A DNA stretch of 64,000 nucleotides from Eledone cirrhosa (lineage: Eukaryota), in the NCBI GenBank assembly GCA_964016885.1, contig OZ024750.1, positions 2,852,001-2,916,000 of the forward strand. The letters are read 5' to 3'. Below, piece by piece: positions 26,089 through 40,723 of the stretch. The stretch's first letter is position 1. The number at the start of each line of letters is the position of its first letter. A model generated the notes under the pieces. It saw only the letters and a list, made by a program, of their open reading frames with translations. It was not told where the DNA came from and did not search any database. A program made the position numbers and the translations under genes.

Positions 26089-27891
26089 TAGGCACATGGT
26101 TTAGTGGTTAGAGCATTGGCCTTGCAATCGAAAGGTTGTGAGTTCAATTCCCAGACCGGGTGATGTGTTGTTTCCTTGAGCAAGGCACTTTATTTCACAT
26201 TGCTCCAGTTTACTCAGCTGTAGAAATGAGATGATAGGGACTGGTGTCCCTATCATTCCACTGTAAAGTGGTCATGGAGGTGCCACGGCAAAAAGCACCC
26301 AGCCCACACTGTAAAGTGGACGTATAGGCGCCACGGCAAAAAAAGCAAAAAAAAAAGCACCCAGCACTCACTGTAAATGAGGTTGGTGTTAGGAAGGGAA
26401 TCCAGCTGTAGAAATGAAGCCAGAATCAGTTCCCGTCCCACCCTTGCTAGCAGGGAAAAGCGGATGTAAAATGATGATGAAATAATGTACTCAAAGTAGA
26501 TCTCGAGCAAGATGGTTGGATAACATCCATGAACTTGGCTGCTCTTGCTTGGGGATCCCGCCTGATCTACTGTACATATGTTGTAATTCCATTTATATTC
26601 AACAAGGCAAAGTTGACCTCGGTGGGGTTTGACCTCAGAACGTAAAGATCTGGAACAAATACTGCGATATAATTTTGTTCAATGCTCTACCAATTCCACC
26701 AATCCACAACACTCCAATACAATAAACAACAGCTAATATCAAAGTTAATTCTTCTAAAATGACTTTAAAAGGCTTTAAACCAAGAACTTTCTTTGGGATA
26801 AAAATGATATATTAAAAATAGGAAAAAAAAAGAAAATCAATTATTTCAAATATTGAACATAAATGATCAGTTTCAGCACTGCAATTCAAAATCAAAGAAA
26901 ATTACATGCTAATATTTAAGAGGTTGCAATTTACAGCTGTCAGTTGAGAAACTAGTAAGCCCCTTATAAGACCAAGGGTTTATAATACTTGAACCTCAAA
27001 CAAACTATTTTTCTTATTTTTTAAGGAGTAAATGAAAAGATGAAAAACTATCCTTAAATCAAAGTTTGTTTAGTTTTTTTTTGGGGGGGGGGGGGGGGGG
27101 GTTCTGATACAATTGGTTTCAGAAAATTTCACTAATCAGTTCAAATCTTAAATGATACCACAAGAAATATTTTTCTTTCAGAGATATAAAAAAAGGGGCA
27201 ACATGCCAAGATGAAAACATTGAACAGAGGTTGATTCTCTTAAAGAAGTACAGCAACATGTGGTTTGTAATTAGAATTTGCATTTAGGGAAAAGGAGCCT
27301 AACAAAATAGGGAAGGAGGAGTTTGGGAATTATATATTTAAAAAAAACCCTCCAAAAAGCCAAGCTTTATTCATAATTGAATATTTGAAGATAGAAATGT
27401 TTAAGTTTCTCAACAGATTTTTCTATAAAAATTAAACTTTTTTTTGTTTTAGTTGTAGAAATTGTTGATGTTACCTCTCTATTATGAGAAGGCACTAACA
27501 AGCATCACATGCAAGTATATTATTAAATGAAAAGGTAAAAGTCAGCTCCTTTCACCCCCCCCCCCTTCCCACACCCACACCTTTATTTTTTGAATTCTAA
27601 AGAACTGGCTACAGCTAAATCAGTTGAGGGGATACATTAATAAGGTCTGCTAAGAATGTAAAATGAAAGCTATGTTCAAGAGAGAAGGATTCAACTATTA
27701 TTCCTTTTTTTAGTTAATTTTATAATTGTTACATATTTGTTCTATAACCCATGTAAGCTTGTAAACTGTAAAATGATTTAAATCATGTTTCAAATTTTCA
27801 TTTCTCTTTTCAGTTTGACTTATCAAGAAAGACATTGAAATATTATACAATGTCCAACTGTTTGGAATAAATACAAATGATGATGACACTA

Positions 27892-27970
27892 AAAATGATA
27901 ACATAACTCAAATGATAACATAACTCAAATGATAACATAACTCAAATGATAACATAACTCAAATGATAAC
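27892..27970. repeat. 17-bp tandem repeat, ~4.5 copies
   Basis: Unit AAATGATAACATAACTC. Confidence 0.9.
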
Positions 27971-29434
27971 AAGCTCTGTTGAGCTGAGATAAAACCTAAA
28001 GTGAACAAAAAAAAGAAAAAAGAAAAAAAAAGAATGAAAAATCCCACAAAACAAAACGAAAGCAAAACAATCAATGGAAAATATTGAAATTTAGAGATTT
28101 TAATTGCTGCACATTGTGTAAGAGGGATTTCCTTTGATATTGTCATGGCATCTAATAGTCATGACAGAAAACTGTTTGAAAGAATTTTGCAATAATTCTA
28201 GCATAGAAAGTTGAAAAGCTGATGATTGTTATTAAAAGTATGAGAAGACAATTGGATGAAACAGTGCCATGGATAACTGAAGAACAATAAACGAGGGAAC
28301 AGGGAGATAAAAAGATGATCGCATATACAGCAAAATATATAAAACAAATACAAAACAAAACAAAAGAAAAAAATCTGAGGAAGACAGACAGAATAGGAAA
28401 AGGGGAAATTTTTATAAATTGATGAGAACATTGGAGCAACACATAATAAATAAACTGATAGGTGGTGGTGGGGGTATAATGAAAGGTACCGTAAGAGAAA
28501 AAGGGTTACATGAGAGATCTTATGAAATAGCTTGATTTCCTGAAATAATTCAATTCAACACTCACTCAAACATGTCTGCTACATTATTATATTCAGTCAG
28601 TTTGTTTTTTCTTTTACTTTTTCTGTGAATATTAAAAACACCTGAAAGAAATCTCATCACAGTTATTCCTTTAACCCTTTCATAGCCATATTTCTAATGT
28701 TTTGATTAATTAAGGAAGAGTTTTTAGGGATTTATTAAAATCATTAATTATTTCATTACTAAGATAGTAACTTAATCTAAGGTTCTTGTATAAAATTATG
28801 TTGGAAAATTTTAATATAAATTGGAAACCTTTAAAATGGGTGGTTTTATTTCAGAACCAGAACCGGTTTTGGTCGGTTTGGTAACAAAAGGGTTAACCAA
28901 TGAATTCCTTTTTAGTTTTATAGGATTACACAGAAGTATAGTAGTGACTGAGAACTAGCACAAAGTTTCTTTTTTTTTTGGCCATTCTGTTGTATATAAA
29001 TCTTTGTATATAAATAGACCATTAGCGTGCTCAGGACATCTACTGCATTAATATATTATAAATATATAAATAATGGATTACACACACAGACACACGGAAA
29101 ATTTGAAGTGAACAATGATATAAGGCAGACACAAATGAGTCAAAATTAATAGTAACATTGAAGCATTATTAATTATTGATAAGTTCTTCAAACATTCTTT
29201 TAATTCTTTTTGCTTTGCATTTATGACAGACTGAAGGGAAATTCCAAGTGGAGATCAATAAAATGCTAGAATGGTAGCGACAAAGATGTGAGGAAGAGGA
29301 GGAGATGACTGTTTTTGGTGGTAGAACTTTATAGAGGAAGTTATCTATAGTGTAGGAGGTCCAAATAAAACCTGGGTAGAAGTTTAATATTGCCACCTAA
29401 GCCTTCTTTAACAGTTCACACATGTCTACATATT

Positions 29435-29519
29435 CAGATCTGACCAGACCCCACCCTTCTTCTCTCTTGACACATATCAGATCTGACCAGACCCCACCCT
29501 TCTTCTCTCTTGACACATA
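29435..29519. repeat. 43-bp tandem duplication
   Basis: CAGATCTGACCAGACCCCACCCTTCTTCTCTCTTGACACATA occurs twice. Confidence 0.9.
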
Positions 29520-30036
29520 ATTCTAAAGTCGTTCATCAAAATAGCCAAGTCTGAGAAGGATGAGGACTCATAGGTCACAAGCACTGACCTCTGACTAACT
29601 TATAAAAACACATAAGACAGGGGCAGATTTGAGATCTGTGGACCTTACTTAAAGGATTATATAGAACTAAGACAGGTGGATCATTACTATATTTTAGGGA
29701 GCCTTACCTTTTTGTGTTTAACCCATGTTAGTGTAGGAAAATGGACGTTATAAGATGATGATCATCATCATCTAGCATACACTAACAGGCTAGATGACAA
29801 TAATAGCAATGACAATCTGATAGCAATGACAATCTGATAGCAATGACAATGATAGCAATGGCAACCATGATAATGTCTCTTACGATGTAGACCAAGCAGG
29901 AAACTTATTCTGAAATCCAACAAGCATTGAATAAACTTTACAGAAAATAATTAATTGATAACAAATTGCCATAAATGTATTAGATATTTCTAATAATAAA
30001 AACAGTTCCACTAAGACATATATATACTCTCTCTAC

Positions 30037-30090
<54 letters not shown>

Positions 30091-31947
30091 ATACTCTCTC
30101 TACATCTATCTATCTATCTATCTATCTATCTATATATATACTCTCTCTACATCTATCTATCTATCTATCTATATATATATACTCTCTATCTATCTATATA
30201 TACTCTATAAAAGTAAATAAAAAACATTAAACCTCTAATTGACTTCTATTATGTTACACATAAAAAGGTTTATATTTTAATGTTTGGTTTTAGTTGTAAA
30301 GTTTTTCAAGTCATTCTTACTCATTTTTGTAAAATTGGGTTATATGAATAGTGTAGTTAGTTTAAAACACCACCACCAAGTATAAACAATAGTTGAGAGA
30401 GAGAGCGAGAGAGATGTTTGTGGAATATTTAGTTCAGTAAAATTTGAGGCATCACTAATAGTAGAGCACAAGAGAGAGAGAGAGAGAGAATACAAGAGAG
30501 AGAGAGAGATTAAGTTTACGAGGGTCTGCTGAAAAGTCCATAGGCTGATTTTGAAGGAGTGATGTTAGAGCTCTGAAATCTTGCATGCATTAATTGTAAC
30601 TCTTCTTATAAATAACTGCATTGTTTCTTTCTCTGTTGAAAAATAAACCTCATTTGGTCATTCCATTAGAGTATCTTGTTCAGCCTATTAACTTTTTAGC
30701 CTATGGATTTTTCAGCCGACCCTTGTATTTATAAAACGAAAGATGCTGAAAGTAGGAAGTGAAAAGAAGAGAGAAAACCCAGCATAGATACAACATTCTA
30801 TTTTGATTAAAGAGCGACACAAATACTGATTAAATTGATTTAACATTTCCTGCGTAGAGATTAGCGTACATCATGAGATTTATCTCTGGAGTCTCGCGGT
30901 AAAGTGTCTCTAATTTAACACATTTTAAAGTTTGAAAATATTTAAAATGTTGCTGATAAAACTGATAAATTATTGCTAGTTTCTGTTATTAACCCTTTTA
31001 CAGCTCTGACATGTTTGACTATAGCAAGCGAGACTATTGATTAATTGTCTAAAAACAATAGAAGAGCATTACATTTTTAGGCTGATAGATCGCCTGGTAG
31101 TATTTTTGGCTATGTTATCGTGGCCAATATATTGATCTGCCAGTACTCTAAGGCTTAATGAAGTGTTTATCTTGATAAACACAATGAAAAGAAAAAAAAA
31201 AAAAGAAAAGAAATGTTAAAATTAAAAATCTGATGAAGCTAAACATATAATTAAAAATGCTGTTTATAACTCATATTAAATGTTTGAGTCAGATAGAACT
31301 TTCAGAATACTTTCTAATATACAATTAAAACCTGAAAAACACACAAGCGATCACAGAAAACTATTTATTACAAAAAGATTAGGTATTTTGTCTGTCAAAT
31401 TTCATTGTCTTTTGTGTTTATATTTATATTGTTATCTATTTTATTGACACACTCACCAATAGTTCCATAACATAAACTCCTCCTGATTTACATTAACTCT
31501 AAACATCCTGTACCACATAAAACTACATTATCAAGTTAGCAAGACATTTATGAAAATTATAAAACACTGACTGCATTTGTAAAATAAAGTACCAGTAATT
31601 GGTGGAGGTGGTGAGAGCAGACCTCAGATCGCTGACACTCACGGAGGAGATGACAATGGACCGTGACAAGTGGAGAGATGCTGTACTGAATAGGACTCTT
31701 CCCACCCTTGTAAGCAGGGAAAAGCGGACGTAAAATGATGATGATGATGTACTGGGTAATTGCTGGCCTTGTGCCAAAAGTAGAAACAATTATAAATCAA
31801 AGTCTTTATTTTAATGCTATACATTTTCACAATGATTTGTTTCCCACTAATAAAGATACTAAAAACATTTGAATTACCAAACTTGCTTTTAGATATTTTC
31901 TGCTACATAATTACAGGATGTTAAGTGTTAAAGTTTGTGAAGAATTA

Positions 31948-32260
31948 TAGCTGAAAGGTGTACTGTGTGTGTACTGTGTGTGTACTGTGTGTGTGTGTGT
32001 GTAGCTGGAAGGTGGGCTGTGTGTGTACTGTGTGTGTAGCTGAAAGGTGTGCTGTATGTGTGTAGCTGAAAGGTGTGCTGTATGTGTACTGTGTGTGTGT
32101 GTAGCTGAAAGGTGTGCTGTGTGTGTACTGTGTATGTGTGTAGCTGAAAGGTGTGCTGTGTGTGTACTGTGTGTGTGTGTAGCTGAAAGGTGTGCTGTAT
32201 GTGTACTGTGTGTGTAGCTGAAAGGTGTGCTGTGTGTGTAGCTGAAAGGTGTACTGTGTT
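31948..32260. repeat. (TG)-based compound minisatellite
   Basis: TAGCTGAAAGGTGTGCTGTGTGTGTACTG units separated by variable (TG)n. Confidence 0.9.
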
Positions 32261-32571
32261 TGTAAGTTGTGTACATGTGTGTGTACACTGTATGTATATG
32301 TATGTGTACTCAGTGTGTCTGGCATGTATTGTATGTGTGTATTACAGTTAAGGACAACATAGCTGACTACACAGATCAAAATACAGTGTAACACAGTATC
32401 ATGGTATTAATTCTCTCCTCTTTTCTTTCTAATACAAATATGTAATAGTTTACGAGAGAAATCAAACTAATGATAATTGCTTTCTACTTTTGTACTACAT
32501 TTAATTAAGAAAAAGAAAACGAGAATATTTGGTAATTAATTAGATAACAAAATTTATGATTTTCATAAGCG

Positions 32572-32990
32572 TACATACTAAATATATTACTAAGGTGTAC
32601 TATGGTTTAGTATACATACTAAACAACTTATTACTAAGGTATTTCTATTACTAAGGTGTACTATAGTTTAGTATACATACTAAACAATTTATTACTAAGG
32701 TATTTCTATTACTAAGGTGTACTATAGTTTAGTATACATACTAAACAATTTATTACTAAGGTGTACTATACTATTGATTAGTATACATACTAAACAACTT
32801 ATTACTAAGGTATTTCTATTACTAAGGTGTACTATAGTTTAGTATACATACTAAACAATTTATTACTAAGGTGTACTATACTATTGATTAGTATACATAC
32901 TAAATTTATTAATCAGCTATTTCTATTGCTAAGGTGTACTAAGGACTTAGTATACATACTATACAAGTTTTTACTCAGGTATTTCTAAAA
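32572..32990. repeat. AT-rich compound minisatellite
   Basis: Recurring TATTACTAAGGT and TTAGTATACATACTAAA subunits. Confidence 0.9.
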
Positions 32991-33117
32991 TTATCTAGAG
33001 AGAGATAACATGTATTTACAAATTAAGTGAAGAAATTCTAGATTTTAAAATGCTGAAATATTTTGATAAATATAGTAATAAGATACATTAAAGTTCATTT
33101 TTTCTCTTACTGTGATA

Positions 33118-33160
<43 letters not shown>

Positions 33161-33466
33161 TGTGTGTATACACATAAAAACTAACGAGCATTAGTAATTA
33201 TGCTTTATTCCATCAAGTGTACACATAGCCCACTCACATTCTAGCCACACACACACATATATATACACACACACGCAAACATATATAAATACTTTAAATA
33301 TTTTAAATTATATTAGTATTTGAATAAAGATCTATAAAAAAAAAAATCGAGTAGAGATAAAATAATATTCCAAATATCATCAAATTCAACAATAATTTAG
33401 TAAGTAATATTAAAAGTTCTGATGCAAAGGTTATCTACCAATTAGATAAGGTGAAAATCACCTTTG

Positions 33467-33497
<31 letters not shown>

Positions 33498-33609
33498 GTG
33501 TGTGTGTGTGTATATTTTGAGTATATGTTGGTTGTTTACCAACACCTCAGTATGCAGATTGGAGCACTCGACAAAGTACGCAGATTGGTTTGTTTACTCT
33601 GGAGTAATG

Positions 33610-33685
33610 TAAAATAATTAAGTCAAATGGGTAAAATTTGGCTTCAAATGAAGCCAAATTTTACCTATTTGACTTAATTATTTTA
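33610..33685. repeat. 76-bp palindrome at the end of a short (TA)n-embedded insert (33516-33685)
   Basis: TAAAATAATTAAGTCAAATGGGTAAAATTTGGCTTCA-aa-TGAAGCCAAATTTTACCTATTTGACTTAATTATTTTA; one mismatch. Confidence 0.9.
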
Positions 33686-33715
33686 TGTGTATATATATAT
33701 ATATATGTGTATATA

Positions 33716-33911
<196 letters not shown>

Positions 33912-34077
33912 TATATATTATATATATATATGTGTGTGTGTGTATATATGTATATGTGCCTATGTGTGTATATATATATATATATATTTATACATACACA
34001 CACATATATATATATATATATATATGTATATATGTGTGTATATATATATATATATGTGTCTGTGTGTGTGTATATAT

Positions 34078-34147
<70 letters not shown>

Positions 34148-34237
34148 AATATAAAACAGAAAAGTTAGAGAAGATTATTCAATAAAGTTGTGACTTATGA
34201 CAAGAGTAAGATAATATAACTTATGGTGTTATCTTAC

Positions 34238-34288
34238 CTGCTCAAATTGAGTTAATACTGCTTGCAAGTTCAGATTAATTTCAATCAT
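34238..34288 (-). CDS. candidate alternative first coding exon of a short (Dp116-like) dystrophin isoform
   Basis: ATG-initiated MIEINLNLQAVLTQFEQ ending at a strong phase-0 donor CAG|GTAAGA, in frame with exon 4596-4765; lies downstream of ~1 kb of non-repetitive, GC-richer sequence. Confidence 0.45.
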
Positions 34289-37200
34289 ACGAGGAGAAAA
34301 ATGCAATGCAAGCCTGTGGGCCAGGGTTCCTTCAGTTGCACCATCTGACTACAACTTAAGGCAGTCAGGTAAACCCCATGGTCAAATTATAATTTTTGGT
34401 AGATTGTGATTGCAACAAGTTTCCTTTTGAGATATACAACATTACTTGTAGATTGGGTGTGTAACAGGGAACTGGATAAAGGCTGTTGGCAGCTGGTTGA
34501 TCATTTTGTCAACAAAAGTAAACCCCGCGTAACATTTCTCTTTTGCGAAACAACTGACAGTAAGGTTGGTAGGTTTATTGGTTGCTCAGTAGTAGATAAT
34601 CTCAGTCGGAATACACATAAAAAAAAATAACAACAATAACAGTAGAAGGAAACTTTCCTCTTCTCCTTTACCTACTTCTCAACGCCAGTCAATTGCTAAG
34701 TGTTATGAATGGAGACACAACACACAAGATACAGCTGGCAAATCATAGGCACTCAAGTGGTCTGCTATATTATGCTACAGAAGAAAGTATCCCAAGAAGA
34801 TCTATACTACTTGACATTCCAAATGGATTGTTCCTAATCAATTTTTTTCCAGCAATTTAGGAGTTAAACTGGCCAACAATCTATCTATGCCTGGCTGATA
34901 TACATTGTAAAGTATCTACCAAATGTGATAGAGCTTTCCTGGAAGGTAGTGAGTGGTGTTAATGATAGCAGAAGAAGCCTGTGAATAAAGGAAAGGCATA
35001 AACAAAAATGCAGCCAGTCAGCCCTAAACAGACAGCAGTATTTAGGGGATCATAGCAGTGTATTTTCCATGAATGGAAATACCAGAGGAGGAGACTAATG
35101 TAATAGGAGAAGTAATGAGTATTGTTAAAGGAGGGGTGGTGGGAGGATGTGTCTCATACTGCTGCTGCAGGCTTCTAGACTGGAACAAGCAATAATATCC
35201 CAGCAGAAAGAGACCCACATGGAGAGGTATGTGTGAATGAGAGGAGACGGGTGGGTAGGGTTGAGTTGGTAATAAGGAAAAGAAAGCAGGAACATTACAC
35301 AAACGTTACTGTGGAAGAGGCTAACATTTCACAGCACACAGAGAGGGGGAAATGTTTTAAATGAAAACTGAAGGAGGAACAAGAGAAAGTGATGGGAGGG
35401 AATGTGTGTGTGTGTGTGTGTGTAAGTGTGTGTGAGTGTGTAAGTGTGTGAGAGTGCCATGTTAAGTCATGCATTTTGAGAGATGGGAGCAACTGTTTGA
35501 ATGGAGTGCACCTTCACACATAACAGGATGAGAGGAATACGATAGATTATGTTTAAGGATTGAGTATAGAATTCTAGCGAAAAGATCTTTCAAATTCAAG
35601 CCCTCCCATTTATTTATGATACTAGGCAGGGTGGAGGTACAGTAAACAGAACTATCATATTTGTGATTCCCTATCAATATAGAAGTTATTATTTCAAATA
35701 TACCAAGTTAATACTATAACTTCTTTGAAACAACTTTGATTTTTAACAGTTGAATAAAATATCTCTTCTCAAAACAATCCAAATGTTAAGTTTAGATTCT
35801 TTTTCTAAAAAGACTTCCTAAAAAAAAATCAACAACTTCTGTGTAGGTATGTATGGTCCTGTAACCCCAGAGAGAGTCATAGGGTACTGTATTGACATTT
35901 CTAGGGCATTTTTAAACCTCGCAGAGCCTCTCTCCTCTCCGGGTCTGAATACAGCAGCTTTCTGGGAGAAAGAGAGGAAATGAGAAAGAGATATAGAGGA
36001 AGAATCAACTCAGTACTTGACTGGTAGTTTTTTTATCGACCTCGAATGGATGAAAGGCAAAGTTGACCTTGTTGGGATTTGAACTGAGAGAACAGAGAGC
36101 CGAGACAAATACCACAAAACAATCTATCCGATGTTCTAATGAAGCTGCTAATTTGCCACCTTTTCTTGCAGGTATAACATGATTAATTATTAAAATGGAA
36201 CGGTGTGTAAGTTGAAAAGGGCCATTTTCAATAACATGTTAATTTCACAGAGGGGATGTTAATTAACTTTAATTCTGTTAATAATGATTTCTAATTTAGG
36301 CACAAGGCCAACAATTTTGGGGGGGGGGGGAAAGTCGGTTAAATCGTCCCCAGTGCATTACTGCTACTTTATTTGATCAACCCCTGTAAAGATGAAAGGC
36401 AAAGCTAACCTTGGCGGGATTTGAACTCAGAATGTAAAGGGACGCAACTATGCCACAAAGCATGTTGTCTGAGCTCTACTGATTCTGCCAAATAATGAAT
36501 TTAAATCCTTACAAATCTGAACATGTGTTTTACATTGATATAAGTTTGATGATTCTGTTAATTTGGATATTGTCATAAATTTTTAGAACAGATAACTGTT
36601 TTTTTTAACTTAAACATTCTACCAAATACTAATATATAAAGCAAGAAGTAGGTATTGTTACATATTTTCAGCTAATTTGAATTCAGTAAATATTTTGAAG
36701 ATCTAAAGAACATTTCTCATTAAAACTTTACCTACATAGGCAATGCTTCAGCATTATAAACTGATCTAATGTGTTCCCCAGTTAGATTACAGGATTATTC
36801 CAAACAGGATATGTTGCCGAAGGAGATGTGTTACTGATTTGTTTTGTTCATTGTAGCATTGACACTGTTGACATTTCAATGGTTTTAACAAATTTAATTG
36901 TTTACATTTAACAATCTAACATTTATTGTTACGGAAATCAACAATACAGCTTTCCAAATAAACCTCTAACCAAACCCCTTGTGGGCTTTACATTTCATTT
37001 TAAATGCAGCATTACACTGTTCCAAATGATCAGAGATCAGAGATAAGATGATGTAATGGTTAAGATCACAGACCTAAGACTGTCATGATAAAAAAAGACT
37101 TCTACTTTATGACACAATGTTGGTATATTATCAACTATCTTTGCTTGTTTCTGATCTATCTCATCTGATGATAAAACACATGATTGGCATATATAATACC

Positions 37201-39040
37201 CTTTCAAGACTGATTTTGTATGAATGAGCAAAAACTCTTTATATCCTTATAAATATCAAAGCTAATTTCAAGAAAATCCTTGCATATTTTCACTGTTCTG
37301 TCAAATTTAGTTCAAATCAGTTTCTTAGAATGGGGAGAAAAAAATGAGAAAGAAAAAGATGAAGAGAATAATAATTTGAATATGCCTTTCTTAAGCAGTA
37401 GCAAAACCTTTCAAAATATATTTTACAGCAAAAATATGTAAATAATACCTTATATTCAGTGGTCAAAAGAATATGATCTATCAGATGAATTTATACAATA
37501 AAAGTAGGTGTGAGAGTTAGGAGAAGCTTTTTACTTTGCTTCAATTGCGAAAAAAGCTTGAACAGTTTTCCATATTCTTTCAAATATGAATGGGAAATTT
37601 TGCTCCATCAACATTATCAGCACAAATACATTTGCATTGTATATGTGTACATTTATTGTATATTTATACACAATTAGAAGACAGCGATGCAGGTGTAAAA
37701 CAACTTACATACAACAACTAGCTGTATGCAATCTAGTGACATATAAGAGACACGAAAGAAGAATTTTACAGATCCACAATTTTGGAAATTAGATAGCAAG
37801 TTAGTAAGAGATATATATGTGTTGTATACTAACAGGTGATTTACCAATAATTATTATTCTCAAATATTTGCACACCACAACATTTTCTGAATATTTTATC
37901 TATATCTTAAGATTTTGCAAAAATAACAACAGAAACCAACGAAACAAACAAAAAAAAACCTTCTTTCTTAAACAAATTCTGCTAGCTGTCTTATATGACA
38001 AATATTAACATACATCCAAGTTATCTTTATAAACAATACAACTAGATATTATATATTCAGGCTAATGTTAAGATACGGCTGATAGCCAACTACTAGAGCC
38101 AATATCAACTTCTGTCTTTAGTTTATTCTTTACCAAAGAAGGCAGCAGTGAAGAATGGTCATGATAGTAATACTAAAATTGACTGAATATCTTAATCTAA
38201 CTATTTTGGTATATTATCTTTTTCTGAGAGTTCAGATTATATTAGGAACAACTTTGATCAAATAAATATCAGTAATATACTGGAGATGATTCAGTGAACG
38301 TCGTTTCACCATTACAAAATCAAAGCGTTGTGTCTAACCAAAGAGAATCAATAATTTCTCAATCACGTTCATATTATTTCATGAATATTCTCTTTTATTT
38401 ACATATTTTCTTGACTGTTTTACATCCATTATTCCATGAAAGCACAAACGTGATGGAGTGTGAAAATCTGTGATGATTTGACAGTTAAATGCCCTTCCTA
38501 TCGCTAACCACTCCTTTCAACAAAGGAATATAGGAAACACAACCACTTTTAGAAGGACTAGTATTTATTTTAATTAGATAAAATGCATGACTAGATATTG
38601 TCCATATGAAATTAGCCTCCATAAGTTAAACGTATTCTTTTATAGCTAATATAAAACTGACAAATTCTATAGAATTGTAGCTTCAAACTAAAATCTTGTA
38701 TGGAATCAAGGATGGTTGCCAGGAATGTGACAGCATAAACTAAATAGAACTTGTTAGATAATTGTGTACAGGAAGCAACTATGTGCTGGTGATTGGAATG
38801 GTAGTGCCATTAACTGATACAATGACAACAAGAATGTACTTAGTAAGGTAAATTACAGATTTAAGCTAATACACTAATCTACATATATACTAAAATGATC
38901 ATAAAATTTGAATTCAATTTCAATTCGCTTTAAGACGTACAATAATTGTTTTGGTAGCCTTAATCCTAGTGCAATGTAAGGGATTTTCCAACCTAAATAG
39001 TTTTCTTTATGGAACTTAGATCTGATAATACAAGGAGGGG

Positions 39041-39257
39041 AAACTCTCCAAATATCGTTCGCTCTCCAACAGGTTTGTGGTCAAGTCTATAGCAGTGAAG
39101 ACTTCTGGTGTCCTTGGCCCTAGATCCATCTCCCTACTCACCACCATTGGTACAGAGTTGGCTACTCGCAGGTGTGAGCCTTGCAAGCTGGAGTGGTTCT
39201 TCCAACACATCTCCCTCACCAACCTCCAGGGAAACGCCTTCTTTATTCTGTCTTCTC
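39041..39257 (+). mobile_element. CRE-like (restriction-like endonuclease) non-LTR retrotransposon 3' remnant
   Basis: Open frame KLSKYRSLSNRFVVKSIAVKTSGVLGP...IGTELA...EWFFQHISLTNLQGNAFFILSS matches the K..KY..L...F...A.ET.G..G...QRISL..QRGNA..IL C-terminal signature. Confidence 0.7.
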
Positions 39258-39911
39258 GGGCCTTGTGGCCCCCATTTGCTCATAATAGTGAGAGGGTTGG
39301 GGAGAGCAGGCGAGACAGAGGCAGTCAGACTCTTTAACAATTCCAAGCCATCACCCTTCTACAATATTTTATTGACTCTGAAAGGATGAAAGGCAGAGCT
39401 GACTTCAGCGGGATTTGAACTCAGAGCCCCGAAAGACATAACAAATACCGAAACATTTAATACAATGCTCTAACAATTCTGCCAATTCCTCACCCAACAT
39501 TAGTAAAATACCGTTTTATTGTTAAAAATGATTAAAAAAAAAAAAAATTCATGACCTTTTACTCTCTCTCATCTCTTGGCCAGCAAGATATTTATATTAC
39601 TAATTCTAAGGAATTAATCATATAAATATAATTGGCTTGGTACTGGCAGTGGAATAAAAATTGCCTATTCCATTCCACTACTCTTGTATCTGCACCTTTA
39701 TTTTAAATAATGTACTCTGTAAACTTGATTTCCGATGTTTAATTTATTTGTGCTGAAAATGAAAAGCCTTGCAGCCATTGGCTTGCTGTTTTTCTTACAA
39801 TACTGCAGAAGAACAATCTTGCACGCAAGTCAAAAATCATTGGACATATAATAACCTCTAAGAAAACGATACAGTATCTATGTGTATATATATATATATA
39901 TATACTGTGTG

Positions 39912-39962
<51 letters not shown>

Positions 39963-40310
39963 TGTGTGTATGTGTATATATATATATACTGTGTGTGTGT
40001 GTATATATATATATATATACACACAGTATATATATATATAGTGTGTATGTATATATATATATTTATATATAGATGAGCTGAGCTAAAAGTTGATATGTTG
40101 AGAAAAGGATAAAGAGTGCAGGGAGAGAGAGAGAGTGGATGGAAGGAGCAATGAGAGAATGGGAGGAGGGTTTTGAGAGAATGAGTGAAAAAGAAAGAGA
40201 TGAGAGAGAGAGAAAAAAAGAGATGACAGAAAGAGATAAAGAGAGAGAGAGAGAGATGAGAGGATGAGAGAGTGAAAAAGAAGAGATGAAAGAAATATGA
40301 GAGAGAGAAA

Positions 40311-40364
<54 letters not shown>

Positions 40365-40723
40365 GTGGGAGAGAGAGAGAGAGAGAGTGATGTGAGAGAG
40401 AAAAAGGTCAACAATTTTTTTAATCATTTTACCAATAAGGACTAATGTGCAGTATAAGCTTGAACTAACCCATAGAGAGCAGATTAATAATTAGGATATT
40501 GTTAATATCAATAATTATTGATCAATAATTGGTAATCAAGATGACAAAAATAATTTAACCAAAACAAAAAAAAAAAATTGAAAAAAAAATAACCGAAAAA
40601 AAAAACAAACAAAAAACTAATTGGTTGATTGTTGTTTGGATTTTTACTGTTTGGCATTAATTTGAATGATCAAAAGTAATATTTTGTTTGTGTGATCTGG
40701 AACGAATGTCAGAAACAACATAC

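Noticed and set aside
36731-36760. Minus-strand donor AG|GTAAAG with short ORF MLKHCLC
   Set aside because: Phase 2, incompatible with the phase-0 acceptor at 4765; too short to support.
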